Positions 1-9,704 of a stretch of DNA of 64,000 nucleotides are shown here, one piece after another. Numbering within the stretch: position 1 is the stretch's first letter; each line of letters opens with the position of its first letter. Source of the DNA: a virus; IMG/VR virus record IMGVR_UViG_3300045117_000026, positions 15,569 to 79,568 of that record. The stretch is one strand, 5' to 3'. The translations under genes and the position numbers were made by a program. Under the pieces are notes generated by a model. The model had not been told where the DNA came from and searched no databases. It saw only the letters and a program-made list of their open reading frames with translations.

Positions 1-99
1 ATGTAGATACTTGGCCCCTTTAGTTCCTTGAGTTTGTGCTCGAATGCATCTTTGTTATCCGCTATGTTGCCTATATGGGTATCCCTAAATTGAATTATC

Positions 100-771
100 T
101 TAGGCACTTTTACCACTCCTTTGGTTCTTTGTGTACCACTCAAGACTGCGTAAGGCTTTGTAGACCTCTTCGGTTTTATCCTCGGTACAGCGGACGGAGA
201 TGTCAACAAATACTTTTCCTAATACATCAAACGCTGGGAATACTATGTTTCCGCATAGCCTTAGTTCGACTGCTTTGTCTGTGTCGGAGATAAGGTAGGC
301 CCTGCCCTCACGATTGTATTTATCTTCATCTTTCATCCCCAACTTCGCCCTGATATGCTGGGCAAAGGCAGTCGCTTTATCATGCTCGACTTTCTCGTCC
401 TCGATACCTTGGAGCACCCGTTTCTGTTGCTCCAGCCCTTCGGCATACTTGGCTTTGAGTTTATCGGAGTCAAGGTAGTAGGCAAATTGCTCTGCGCGTG
501 AGACGGTTGTGGTCTTCCCCTCCTTTGGGGGAGGTATCGCCGTGGCTTTCACGCGCCTAAACCACGTTCTGTTTATTGTGAACGCCACCCCGCCGACATA
601 GTCATTCCAGAGCGGCGGGAACGTGCCGTACTCCTTGATTCTCAGGTGGTTATAGTCGGTGTATACGAAACCTACTCCAATGATCTCCTTGACGGTCTCT
701 GATAGGCACTTCGACCAGTTGATACTACCATCCGTGTTCTTGCTGGTTGGTTGGATTCTAACATTGCTCAT
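100..771 (-). CDS. Hypothetical protein
   Basis: 223-aa ORF co-oriented with the arm; AGAAGGAG SD upstream. Confidence 0.7.
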   Translation of the reverse strand: MSNVRIQPTSKNTDGSINWSKCLSETVKEIIGVGFVYTDYNHLRIKEYGTFPPLWNDYVGGVAFTINRTWFRRVKATAIPPPKEGKTTTVSRAEQFAYYLDSDKLKAKYAEGLEQQKRVLQGIEDEKVEHDKATAFAQHIRAKLGMKDEDKYNREGRAYLISDTDKAVELRLCGNIVFPAFDVLGKVFVDISVRCTEDKTEEVYKALRSLEWYTKNQRSGKSA

Positions 772-838
772 CGTACTCTCCTTCTTGCCCTAGAGTGGAC
801 ACTCATCAATGATTGTCAATACAAATATTTCCATTCTG

Positions 839-1054
839 CTATTTCAAAACATCATAAGCACGAACGTGATACTCTGCTGGTATTATCAAACCATCTCCAG
901 TGCCAAGCTTCTCGAGTGCTACCATATCGCCGTATTCGTTACGTTTCCACTCCAGTTCTTTTACTTCCGGAAGCTGGGCTGCTTCCTCAGTGTTATATAC
1001 TCCGAGTATATCAGTAGAGCGTCCCTGTATTGCTGTCAGGATAAATACTTTCAT
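839..1054 (-). CDS. Small hypothetical protein
   Basis: 71-aa ORF overlapping the stop of the upstream gene (ATGA). Confidence 0.6.
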   Translation of the reverse strand: MKVFILTAIQGRSTDILGVYNTEEAAQLPEVKELEWKRNEYGDMVALEKLGTGDGLIIPAEYHVRAYDVLK

Positions 1055-1488
1055 CTTGTTTCCCCTTTCTGTTGGTCTTCTTTTGTTGTTGATTGACAGC
1101 AGGTTAGCGTATCAAGCGGAATGCAATGTCGGCATCGCATCGGGAACATGGAGTACAAATCACATATTTCCTTGTCATGCATAACGGCATGTTGGCACTT
1201 CCTTTCAATGCATAAATACCGTTCTTGATTAAAACAGATGTAACTTGTGTTTATAACAGAGGGATTTGATAGTTCATAGGATTGCTCGAAAATCTCCTTG
1301 TCGCAGATGTAGAGTTCTCCCTTAACTCCCTCGATTAAGTAGTCGCCCTCTTTCCCTTGATGGTTGCCCTCGAGAGAAGCGACCCAGAATGTCTGGTCAA
1401 TCTGCAATGCTCGTAATGGAATCGGCTTCTTGACGTAGAACCTTGCGACTCCATTCATCATTTCCTTGGTAGCTTCAATACCTTTCAT
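1051..1488 (-). CDS. Conserved phage protein (PGDYG-like)
   Basis: Motif KKPIPLRALQ...SLEG...EGDYLIEGVKGELYICDKEIFEQSY, typical of this widespread phage family. Confidence 0.6.
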   Translation of the reverse strand: MKGIEATKEMMNGVARFYVKKPIPLRALQIDQTFWVASLEGNHQGKEGDYLIEGVKGELYICDKEIFEQSYELSNPSVINTSYICFNQERYLCIERKCQHAVMHDKEICDLYSMFPMRCRHCIPLDTLTCCQSTTKEDQQKGETR

Positions 1489-1502
1489 TTACCTGTATCT
1501 CC

Positions 1503-1679
1503 TTACATCCTCTTGAAAAGCACAAAAGCTATAAGCACGCCCGCCGCTGCTCCTATAAGCGGGGCAAGTATAATACCTAAGAACGTGTATTGAGGAAACG
1601 CTCGTACGAGTAAATAGGTGATTATAATCGAGATGAAGAATATTAGCGCGACTAATATAGAGGTTATTGCTGTTTTCAT
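1503..1679 (-). CDS. Small two-TM membrane protein
   Basis: Two hydrophobic stretches; AGGAG SD before the ATG at 1679. Confidence 0.6.
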   Translation of the reverse strand: MKTAITSILVALIFFISIIITYLLVRAFPQYTFLGIILAPLIGAAAGVLIAFVLFKRM

Positions 1680-1683
1680 ATTA

Positions 1684-2055
1684 CTACTCCTGTTCGATTG
1701 TAAAGCTATCAAGGAACTTATCCATCTTGGAAACTATTGCTTTGGCTTTCGCCATAGATGAAGCATAAACAATAACTATGTCATTCGACAAATTGATAGA
1801 ACGTGACTCCATAACCTCTCTAGCAATATCAGCACAAGAGGCATAGTAGTTTGGATTGTAATTAAGAGGACATTTCGGGCATCTCATCTCTTGATTTGTC
1901 TCCCATGGTACTGTGCCACATATGCAATATCCTTCAATACAGTAAGCGTTACGAGACAACTCGTACAGCCTTTCAGGATTAAACCTCTTTTTGAGCCTGC
2001 TCCACTGCTTGTCAGTTAGTCTTATAGCAAAGTCATTATATTTACCTATTCTCAT
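1684..2055 (-). CDS. Cys-rich hypothetical protein, paralog family A (copy 1)
   Basis: MRIGKY...LTDKQWSRLKKRFNP...CIC...CPKCPL; homologous to 22669-23049 and 23050-23424. Confidence 0.75.
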   Translation of the reverse strand: MRIGKYNDFAIRLTDKQWSRLKKRFNPERLYELSRNAYCIEGYCICGTVPWETNQEMRCPKCPLNYNPNYYASCADIAREVMESRSINLSNDIVIVYASSMAKAKAIVSKMDKFLDSFTIEQE

Positions 2056-2068
2056 TTATATCCTCATT

Positions 2069-2878
2069 TTAGACTAATTCCGTTCCTGTAAGTTCAAATT
2101 GAATAGCCTGTTTATACCTGTCAACTGCTATACGGCAATAGCGTTCCTCGATGTCAATACCGATACACTTGCGTCCTAGTTTCTTGGCAGCAACAATAGC
2201 GGTACCCGAACCGAGAAACGGGTCAAGTATCGTTTGCCCCTCTAGTGAGTATGTCTGGATAAAGTACTCGAATAGCTTTAATGGTTTTTGTGTCGGATGC
2301 AATCCTCTGTCACCCGTTGCTCGGTTGTTAAACTCTACGACAGAAGACGGGAATCGCAAAGTGTCTGCTTTGTTATTATATTCCGCTTCTAGATTATTAA
2401 ACTTACCTACGAACTCGCCACTATTCCGGCGTGTCGCATCACTGAATAGGTACTTAACACGTTCTGTACCGCTTCCTCGCCTCTCTATCTTTATAGGATA
2501 GTAGTTCACCTTTGCTTTGCCGAACACAAGCACTTCCTCGTGCTCTTTCATCGGGGCATAGTCGGCTTGAGCAAAATTGCTCGCACACAGTTTCTTGTAT
2601 ATCCATTCATGCCTAAACTGCTTTGGATTACTGGAAACCAATACAGAAGTATATGGTTGGCTAGCAGTGAATATCATGGCAGAGGACGGCTTGATTAGCC
2701 GATTAAATAACGACCACATTTCGTTAGTAGGTATAGTTGAATCCCATGAGCAAGATGTTATCCCGTAAGGCGGGTCAGTTAGTATCAAGTCTATGCTCAG
2801 TTCGGGGAGTAATGGCAACACGCTCTTGTAGTCGGCATTATAGACGCATATGTCATTGTCTTGGAAATAGGGTTTCAT
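2069..2878 (-). CDS. DNA amino-methyltransferase (N6A/N4C, beta class)
   Basis: N-terminal DPPY, HPTQKP, C-terminal LDPFLGSGT SAM-binding motif. Confidence 0.93.
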   Translation of the reverse strand: MKPYFQDNDICVYNADYKSVLPLLPELSIDLILTDPPYGITSCSWDSTIPTNEMWSLFNRLIKPSSAMIFTASQPYTSVLVSSNPKQFRHEWIYKKLCASNFAQADYAPMKEHEEVLVFGKAKVNYYPIKIERRGSGTERVKYLFSDATRRNSGEFVGKFNNLEAEYNNKADTLRFPSSVVEFNNRATGDRGLHPTQKPLKLFEYFIQTYSLEGQTILDPFLGSGTAIVAAKKLGRKCIGIDIEERYCRIAVDRYKQAIQFELTGTELV

Positions 2879-2936
2879 CTATAGCTCCATTGCCTGTTGC
2901 GCCATTCGCGCGATAATCCATTTAGCACCCCCTTGC

Positions 2937-3413
2937 TTATGGTACTATGTACATTCTTTTTGCTACTACTACTGTCGGCGAGTACCGGAAGCCAAGCCAG
3001 TTGCGGAGTATATTACTGTTCTTGCCTTTAGCGACTACCTGCTCATAGCGGACTTTGAATACTTTATACCTACAAACTATCTGTGAATGGAGTTCTTGAG
3101 AAAGAAGCCTCTTTGCGTCCCTCTTGTTTGTATAGATATGAAAACCTGCCGGATAGCTATCATAGTCAAGACAAACAAGCACAGTAGAAGAGTCCTCCTC
3201 AGACATATGAACCGATTCGAGCAGAGCATTGTTAGCATCAGTGTACCATTTGGCTAATTGGAATGGCTCGTGCTCTGAGTCCCTGAATAGGCTGTGGAGT
3301 TTGTAATTAGCTTCTGTATCTTGCCTCTCATAGATAGCGAATACTTTATACCCAACCTTGATCTCTGTACTGGGTGTCTTGAATACCTTGAGACCTTTTG
3401 TTTGTAAGCACAT
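2937..3413 (-). CDS. Hypothetical phage protein
   Basis: 158-aa co-oriented ORF with VGYKVF and YPAGFHIY motifs. Confidence 0.65.
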   Translation of the reverse strand: MCLQTKGLKVFKTPSTEIKVGYKVFAIYERQDTEANYKLHSLFRDSEHEPFQLAKWYTDANNALLESVHMSEEDSSTVLVCLDYDSYPAGFHIYTNKRDAKRLLSQELHSQIVCRYKVFKVRYEQVVAKGKNSNILRNWLGFRYSPTVVVAKRMYIVP

Positions 3414-3422
3414 TTTATTCCT

Positions 3423-3761
3423 CTAGAATAAATGGTGGTAGCAAGTTCGATAATAGGGCCAGCCGGAACTATCTTTTGGATAATAGGGGTAGAGAGGATG
3501 CCAATAAGATGGTACGCCCAGCTCGTAGTGTGATTCCTTGTGGTTGGGGTTGTTCTTGCAGGTGCTGCACGCTATGCCCTCTTCTAGGCAGTTACCAGAG
3601 AATTGGCACCTTGTTGCTACTGTCTTTGTAATCCTTGTAATTCCTTCCATTGGTTTCTCCTTTATTCTTGTAATTTCATCGAAGCCGGTGTTTTCAAAAT
3701 GCAGAAATGTTTTAGCGAACCATTGCTCAAATCCGTTCATTAGCTTGCTCCATTCTCCCAT
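3423..3761 (-). CDS. Hypothetical protein with Cys cluster
   Basis: 112-aa co-oriented ORF. Confidence 0.55.
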   Translation of the reverse strand: MGEWSKLMNGFEQWFAKTFLHFENTGFDEITRIKEKPMEGITRITKTVATRCQFSGNCLEEGIACSTCKNNPNHKESHYELGVPSYWHPLYPYYPKDSSGWPYYRTCYHHLF

Positions 3762-3788
3762 CCAGCAATTCTTAATTTACCTTGCTTA

Positions 3789-4787
3789 TCATCCCAAGTC
3801 TGTAAATGCTGTAATAGATAACTGCTCGTGCTTCAGGCAACTAGGGGAAAACCATATTGTTTCACGCTTGCTGTTTTCACGCCCTTGCCCTTCGCCTTGA
3901 TTTCCGTAGCCACCCCCGGACTTCCATCGGTAAACAGCCCAATCATCGGGCATGGGATGTTCTGTATCATAACCGCATAGGGCAATCCGCATTAGTGGAT
4001 TTTTGCCTGCTTCGATTGCCCACGCTCTGACCTCCGCCGATACTGCATTACCGCCAGTAGTGTACATACTTTCATAGTCATCATACGGTGGGTCAAGGAA
4101 TATCCCCGTTAGTCCTAGCACAAACGTAGGTGACGGCGTTACTATACGTGACCAATCGCCACAGCATACACGCACATCCTTAAACCGTCCCGATAACCTA
4201 TCAAACCACTCATATAATGGTTGAGTGGGGCGGTTGACACCTTCCCCTAGGTTTCTCAGCTGAGGTAGTTGGCGGTTGATACCCCGTGAACCACTCATGT
4301 GGGGTAACTGACGATTGACACCCTGTCCTTTACCAGCCTTAACCATCAATCCATTCTCTGATACCCATGAGCCTTTTCCTCTACAAAAACCCCGACCTAT
4401 CCAGCAGGACATACCCCATGCCCACCAGCCTGCTATCTTTGGGTCATACCAATCAGGGTTGCCCTCCAGTTTAGCAGCCAGTTCATCCTTGCGCTGTACC
4501 AGCCAATAGTGACGGGCGTGTAGGTCATTCTCAATAACAGGATAATCCGCATATTCAGCCGTCTTCTGTGGGTCATGCTTAACTGCTCGCCAAAAGTTGC
4601 TAACGTAGCCATCTTTATCATTCACCGTTTCGATATGCCCTGTATGCCATGCCGGGCGGCGTAGCAAAACAGCACCGGAGCCAAAGAACGGCTCTACATA
4701 GTTCGGCACATCTCCGAACCTGCGCCATACCTCATCGGCTATTTTAGACTTCCCTCCGAAATAGGGGAACGGTGCTTCAAGTACCAT
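3789..4787 (-). CDS. Dam/D12-class DNA adenine methyltransferase
   Basis: PFPYFGGKS, YVEPFFGSGAV, ETVNDKD and FLDPPY; internal G[VI]NRQLP repeats. Confidence 0.92.
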   Translation of the reverse strand: MVLEAPFPYFGGKSKIADEVWRRFGDVPNYVEPFFGSGAVLLRRPAWHTGHIETVNDKDGYVSNFWRAVKHDPQKTAEYADYPVIENDLHARHYWLVQRKDELAAKLEGNPDWYDPKIAGWWAWGMSCWIGRGFCRGKGSWVSENGLMVKAGKGQGVNRQLPHMSGSRGINRQLPQLRNLGEGVNRPTQPLYEWFDRLSGRFKDVRVCCGDWSRIVTPSPTFVLGLTGIFLDPPYDDYESMYTTGGNAVSAEVRAWAIEAGKNPLMRIALCGYDTEHPMPDDWAVYRWKSGGGYGNQGEGQGRENSKRETIWFSPSCLKHEQLSITAFTDLG

Positions 4788-4800
4788 CGGCTACTCGCTT

Positions 4801-5025
4801 TTATAACTCTCTTTTCATAAACCGCTTGACTTTTCTGACAACTTCGGCAGACTGTTTCCTGACTGCTTCCGCAACGGATGACTCGTTATCCGAACTGTAA
4901 GGATTGGTAACAACCACCAGTATCCCGATGTTCTTGTATCGGAGACCCACCCTGTAACAGTATTCGCACCCTTCTTTGGAAATGCGGTGAGAAGCACCTA
5001 GCCTATTTACAATTATCCTATCCAT
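4801..5025 (-). CDS. Small hypothetical protein
   Basis: 74-aa co-oriented ORF. Confidence 0.55.
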   Translation of the reverse strand: MDRIIVNRLGASHRISKEGCEYCYRVGLRYKNIGILVVVTNPYSSDNESSVAEAVRKQSAEVVRKVKRFMKREL

Positions 5026-5236
5026 TATCTCTCCCCATGCTTACGTCTGTCACAAGGGCTAACGACTTTGCTTTCTCAAATGCCTCTCGTAATTCATCGT
5101 AAGCCTCAACGTCATCAAGAACTCGCTCGGCGTCATTTATCGCTTGTATTAACGGCGTAACATCCACAAGTCTGTTGTCGATTCTTCCAACGGCAATCTT
5201 AGCCATTTTAATAAGTTGTTCTACTTCTTTTAGCAT
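5018..5236 (-). CDS. Small helical hypothetical protein
   Basis: ATG at 5236 with GGAG upstream; overlaps the stop of the C5 MTase. Confidence 0.55.
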   Translation of the reverse strand: MLKEVEQLIKMAKIAVGRIDNRLVDVTPLIQAINDAERVLDDVEAYDELREAFEKAKSLALVTDVSMGRDNG

Positions 5237-6390
5237 CGTTGCCTCTCCACATCCGCTATCGCCTTGAGTATTGGGTAAGCCTGTGGGACGCAAATTGCAT
5301 TACCTAACGCCGTGAGCCGGTTGACCCTTTCCGTTTTGTCTGTCGTGAGGGGGTGCGGCATTTCCCATTCTCCCCCTGCCCAGGTGGGGATATATCCAGC
5401 CAGCCCTTCGGAAATCCCATCATCCATGCTACAAAGTCGGGGTTCAATGTCCCCTTGTTTTTCGGAAACTGGTTTGTCCATTCGGGCAGATTCCCGTGAT
5501 AATCCTTGCTCCCCGGTTTCCTGGTGGACACGCATCCCTTGTAATCCCTTGCCGACGGAGTGGGTATCGTGACTGAACGAGTCAGTGATTGATATTGACC
5601 GCTCTCCCGTGTCGCATTGTTGGCGTCGTCCGCTGTCGGTGTAGCCAATAATCCAGACCCGGTCCCGGCGGTGGATGGCGTTGACGGCGCAAGCTGGAAT
5701 AATAATCGGTTGGACTCTGTAACCGATTCGCTCCATCTCGGTTGTGATTCCGTCCAACCACGAAAACAATTCTGCTTGTGTCTGACCACCTTCTTCGTCC
5801 TCGTCACCCGCCACTTCAGATACGCTATCTGACTTGTCCATTCCCTTGATTCCAGCAGGATTCTCAAACACGCACCAAGTGGGTCTGAGTTCTTCAAGCA
5901 CGCGGATAGTTTCATCCCAGAGCCAGCGGTCATCTGCCGTGCCTCCTCGCTTCCCGGCAACACTGACAGGCTGGCATGGAGGAGAGGCTGTAAGCAGGGT
6001 GAGGGGGATTGACCAACTCTGACTGCTATCCCCAACGGTGTTCCCCCTTGCTGATAAGGGGTTTTCCTGTCCCCCTCGCTGGCTCTCGGTGTCGGCAGTA
6101 ACCCCTTTTGTGCGAATGTTTCCAGCGTCCTGTCCGATTGCCGCTTGCTGCGAGGATTGTATTCCTTGCCAGGTCCTCTCCGTCCGTCCCATGCATTTGG
6201 TGTCGGAATTAATCCGCTCATACGTAACCTCCTTGACATCTGAGATAATCGGCACACCTGGGAAATGGTGTCTGAGTATGGATTGGCAGTAGGGGTTGAT
6301 TTCACATAGGGCAACCGTGCGAAACCCTGCCCATTCAGCAGCCAAGGTAAACCCGCCAATCCCGCTATACAGGTCGATGTGCGATAACAT
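5230..6390 (-). CDS. C5 cytosine DNA methyltransferase (alpha polypeptide)
   Basis: Motif I (DLYSGIGG), IV (PPCQ), VI (ENP), VIII (HRRDRVW) and X (ALGNA); motif IX missing from this frame. Confidence 0.9.
   Translation of the reverse strand: MLSHIDLYSGIGGFTLAAEWAGFRTVALCEINPYCQSILRHHFPGVPIISDVKEVTYERINSDTKCMGRTERTWQGIQSSQQAAIGQDAGNIRTKGVTADTESQRGGQENPLSARGNTVGDSSQSWSIPLTLLTASPPCQPVSVAGKRGGTADDRWLWDETIRVLEELRPTWCVFENPAGIKGMDKSDSVSEVAGDEDEEGGQTQAELFSWLDGITTEMERIGYRVQPIIIPACAVNAIHRRDRVWIIGYTDSGRRQQCDTGERSISITDSFSHDTHSVGKGLQGMRVHQETGEQGLSRESARMDKPVSEKQGDIEPRLCSMDDGISEGLAGYIPTWAGGEWEMPHPLTTDKTERVNRLTALGNAICVPQAYPILKAIADVERQRC
5304..6221 (-). CDS. Alternative-frame beta polypeptide of the C5 MTase (motif IX-like)
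   Basis: Nested ORF with perfect AAGGAGGT SD (6234-6227) before the ATG at 6221; PTP-x-A repeats and LNPDFVAWMMGFPKGW. Confidence 0.75.
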   Translation of the reverse strand: MSGLIPTPNAWDGRRGPGKEYNPRSKRQSDRTLETFAQKGLLPTPRASEGDRKTPYQQGGTPLGIAVRVGQSPSPCLQPLLHASLSVLPGSEEARQMTAGSGMKLSACLKNSDPLGACLRILLESREWTSQIAYLKWRVTRTKKVVRHKQNCFRGWTESQPRWSESVTESNRLLFQLAPSTPSTAGTGSGLLATPTADDANNATRESGQYQSLTRSVTIPTPSARDYKGCVSTRKPGSKDYHGNLPEWTNQFPKNKGTLNPDFVAWMMGFPKGWLDISPPGQGENGKCRTPSRQTKRKGSTGSRR

Positions 6391-6405
6391 TCCCTATTAT
6401 CTTGT

Positions 6406-6993
6406 CTACTTAAGACACTCCTCTAAAACTCCTGTAAGCATCATCACCAGCACAAAGGCATGGCCCATCTTACGGTCCGGATTATTGATTACGTCTTTAA
6501 GTGTCATGCCCAATACTACATGGTCATAAGCGTCATAGTCACGCAGTATGATGTTTTGTCCCTCAGTATAGAGGGATTGTAACCGCTTGAATGCGCTGGT
6601 CTGTCCTACATACTTGGAATAAATTGGTACGTAGATAGCTTTCCTTGCTTCAACATAACTCAACCTCTCGCCGTTCCAGTATGAATACTCAGCCTTTACA
6701 CCTTTGCCCATCGGATAGCGTACTGGAGTATTCAGCTTAAGCCCAGCCTCTCGCCACTTAAACCAACCGGCATTAGGGAAGCCGTTCTTATTGACGTGCT
6801 GTAAATATACTTTGCTGTACTGCCAGAGGTTCTCGAATATCACACCATGAGGATTAAACTCGACAGCAAAGGGTATGCGGAGTATGAACGGGCTTAGTTC
6901 CTTGAAAACACTATTCGATGATGATGTTGTATCTATATCCACCACGGGCTGTGGTTCATTATGCTTGGCAAACTTAAATAAGGCTTTTATCAT
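6406..6993 (-). CDS. DUF6939-like protein (possibly NADAR-related)
   Basis: FENLWQYSKVY, RYPMGKG, LSYVEARKAIYVPIY and GHAFVL motifs. Confidence 0.5.
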   Translation of the reverse strand: MIKALFKFAKHNEPQPVVDIDTTSSSNSVFKELSPFILRIPFAVEFNPHGVIFENLWQYSKVYLQHVNKNGFPNAGWFKWREAGLKLNTPVRYPMGKGVKAEYSYWNGERLSYVEARKAIYVPIYSKYVGQTSAFKRLQSLYTEGQNIILRDYDAYDHVVLGMTLKDVINNPDRKMGHAFVLVMMLTGVLEECLK

Positions 6994-7299
6994 TATAGTT
7001 CCTTTACTATCTTCCAATCTTTTACCAAGCCCTCTTTCTCTTCGGGCATTTCTGTTCTAAAGTTATAAAGCCACAGCACGATATCCTCTAGCTTCTCAGC
7101 AAAGTCTTTTACATTATGGTCAAGTGTTATTTCAATAAGATATTTCCTGCCCATTGTTACTCCTCTTTAGCTTTCATTATGGGTATCTCCTTAGAAAATA
7201 TCATGAATTAACATTATGAGTCCGTAGACTGCACCGACAAGGATTGCAATGTCTATCAAGATACCAATGGCTACTATGAACCACTTAATCATTATATCT

Positions 7300-8520
7300 T
7301 TAATCCAAACTCAACCCAGGTGTCACCGTAACCCTGTGTTTAATCAGTTCGCAATAGTTCTCGGATTGCTCCACCAGTATTGACCGCCTGCCTAATTGAG
7401 TCGCTACCTTTCCTGTAGTACCTGTTCCGGCGAACGGGTCAAGGACAATTTGCGGTTCAATAGGAGCATTACAATCGCACTGTGGTACCCAAGAACTTTT
7501 AGTTACCTGCGACATTCGTTCCAAAATGCGTTGCTTCAGGCGTGAGGGAGTAACGGCGCCAGTACCTTCATAATCTTTCATGTCGCTACCGAAATACTCG
7601 CCGTCACTATTACAGCCGGCTCGTTTCATTTCCTCGGTAATCTGGTGGTCAATAATAGTAATCTCACGCTGCCAAGGTTTGCCACACTTTGAGCATTGTC
7701 CTTTAGCAGATGTAGCCATTGAAATACACAGGCGAGGTATCTCTTCGGGGAAAGCAGCGAAGTGCGAAAGCCAATTATTTGTCCCACACTTCCGGCACCA
7801 CCGCCCATCTTCTTTGAGAACAGTCCCCTTGGTGAATTCATCCCGCCCGTAAATCGTCTTGCACGTCAGGCACATATTGGCTGAGTAAGATACAGTCGGT
7901 ATCTCCCATATTGCTCGGATGTTTCTGCCCGAGTTTGCGCACCTGTCACCAGGCTCGACTTGCCTCATGCCGTGCTCACCCTGCCCCTTAAGCTTCATGT
8001 TGCCATCGCCATATTCATTGCGCATTCTGGTTGACTCTTTATATGGGACACGGACGGCTTCCATGTCAAAGAAGTAATCTTCATTTAGCACAAACATAAG
8101 AATATGCTCGTAGTCAATCGTCGGTCTATCCGGTGCGGATGACGGCATTGAATTCGGCTTCACCCATATTATATCAGCTCGTGGTATCCAGCCCTCATCA
8201 GCTAATGCTATAGCAATGCGATGCGGGATTAACTCGAGGTCCTTTGCTCTGGTGACGCCGAACTTATCGCCGACATTCCAGAAAACAACCCCGTCATTAC
8301 GCAACACTGGTAACAGCGAGCCACAAAAGAAATCAACTGTATGCTGTACATATTCGGCAACCGTTTTCTCTGCTCCAAACCATGCGTTACCATCATAGTC
8401 TCGCTGATTGAAATACGGTGGCGAAGTGACTACGCATTGTACCTGGTAGGGCAGGGTGGCAAGGTCCTTGTTATCTCCATGATAGAGGGAGAGGAGAGGG
8501 GTCTGGTAAAAGACTTTCAT
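7300..8520 (-). CDS. N4-cytosine-type DNA methyltransferase with Zn-ribbon insertions
   Basis: VTSPPY, HFAAFP and LDPFAGTGTT; inserted CxxC pairs. Confidence 0.9.
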   Translation of the reverse strand: MKVFYQTPLLSLYHGDNKDLATLPYQVQCVVTSPPYFNQRDYDGNAWFGAEKTVAEYVQHTVDFFCGSLLPVLRNDGVVFWNVGDKFGVTRAKDLELIPHRIAIALADEGWIPRADIIWVKPNSMPSSAPDRPTIDYEHILMFVLNEDYFFDMEAVRVPYKESTRMRNEYGDGNMKLKGQGEHGMRQVEPGDRCANSGRNIRAIWEIPTVSYSANMCLTCKTIYGRDEFTKGTVLKEDGRWCRKCGTNNWLSHFAAFPEEIPRLCISMATSAKGQCSKCGKPWQREITIIDHQITEEMKRAGCNSDGEYFGSDMKDYEGTGAVTPSRLKQRILERMSQVTKSSWVPQCDCNAPIEPQIVLDPFAGTGTTGKVATQLGRRSILVEQSENYCELIKHRVTVTPGLSLD

Positions 8521-8527
8521 CTTAAGT

Positions 8528-8890
8528 CTATCTCGCTAGGTTTATCTCATAGACGATCTTGTACATATCCTTTAGTTTGGCTGCGTGCTCCGGGTCTTTA
8601 AGCTGTTCTTTCCACCATTCAAGAGGATGGCTCCAATCAAACATATTGACTATTTTAGAGATTATCTCCAGCCCTTTGGTTGCTGTAGGAGTTGAGCAGA
8701 CTGCGTGCCCCGTAGGGGCATGAGAGACTCTCCATTCTCTTCCATCGGCATTATAACGCGGTGGCGTAAGTTCACGGTGAACAACTAACAGCGGAGAGTC
8801 TTTTGATGCGATGGCGGAAACCGGAACGTGACGTATCTCCCCATCGCGGTCAATGATAACTGCGTCGAAGAGTTTATGTTTATACTTCAT
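8528..8890 (-). CDS. Hypothetical protein
   Basis: 120-aa co-oriented ORF with WRVSHAPTG motif. Confidence 0.65.
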   Translation of the reverse strand: MKYKHKLFDAVIIDRDGEIRHVPVSAIASKDSPLLVVHRELTPPRYNADGREWRVSHAPTGHAVCSTPTATKGLEIISKIVNMFDWSHPLEWWKEQLKDPEHAAKLKDMYKIVYEINLAR

Positions 8891-9314
8891 TTGCTACCCC
8901 CGGTTGCATGTTAACAGTTGCTTGCATCACGTTTGATATAAGGGAGATTTCGTCTCTCCTTAGTGCCGGAGAGTAGCAGGACTTAAACGCAAAGCCAACT
9001 TTCCGCAGGTGCCCGCGACCTTCCCGTAAGAGTATCGGCAAGGTAGAATTAGCCATGTATACAGCGTGCACGGCCCTGCTGAATGATTTCTTGCGCCCAA
9101 GCTTCTTACAGAACTGGTCACTGGGGGATTGGATTGCGACGCCACGGGAGACTACTGCTACTTCCCTCTCGAGGACAAGAGGCAAGTTTTTAACAAGCAA
9201 GCAGACCGTCATCCTTGCGTTGTCGTTTAATTGCTGATTGTAGAAGATGGCGCGGTCGAGTTTCATTTCCTGTAGTTTTTTGTTGATACGTTCTTGTTGA
9301 TTGTCACCTTTCAT
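8880..9314 (-). CDS. Hypothetical phage protein
   Basis: 144-aa ORF with SRGVAIQSPSDQFCKKLGR motif. Confidence 0.65.
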   Translation of the reverse strand: MKGDNQQERINKKLQEMKLDRAIFYNQQLNDNARMTVCLLVKNLPLVLEREVAVVSRGVAIQSPSDQFCKKLGRKKSFSRAVHAVYMANSTLPILLREGRGHLRKVGFAFKSCYSPALRRDEISLISNVMQATVNMQPGVANEV

Positions 9315-9704
9315 TTATTGCTCCTTTAATATTTTAGGTCTATATAGACCAAGCCCTGCTTCGTATTCCTCTCTGTTAGAGAGTTTGAACTTGAGTATGA
9401 ATACTCGCTTGTCCTCGTCCCACGAACTGGGGCCGTTAATCTCCTCCCACACTTCGATAAATCTTTGAGGTGAGTATCTACCCTCATAGTAATAATCAAA
9501 ATGGTCGAAGTCCCCGAGTGCCTTTGTTTTAACTTCCTCGATTGAGATATAAGTTTGAGTTAATACTCCGGCAGAGCGAATCCGCATGATGGCGCCGGGC
9601 TTGGTTTCAAGCCCGAGTTTAATGCGGGCAGTTTGCGTCTTGGTGCCATCAATAATCATCTGATGGTGCACAGGCGTAAAGTTAATAGTAAGGGGGGTAC
9701 TCAT
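9315..9704 (-). CDS. ASCH domain protein
   Basis: I-x-F...IIDGTKTQTARI signature (GxKxxTxR), followed by EG and W motifs. Confidence 0.85.
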   Translation of the reverse strand: MSTPLTINFTPVHHQMIIDGTKTQTARIKLGLETKPGAIMRIRSAGVLTQTYISIEEVKTKALGDFDHFDYYYEGRYSPQRFIEVWEEINGPSSWDEDKRVFILKFKLSNREEYEAGLGLYRPKILKEQ

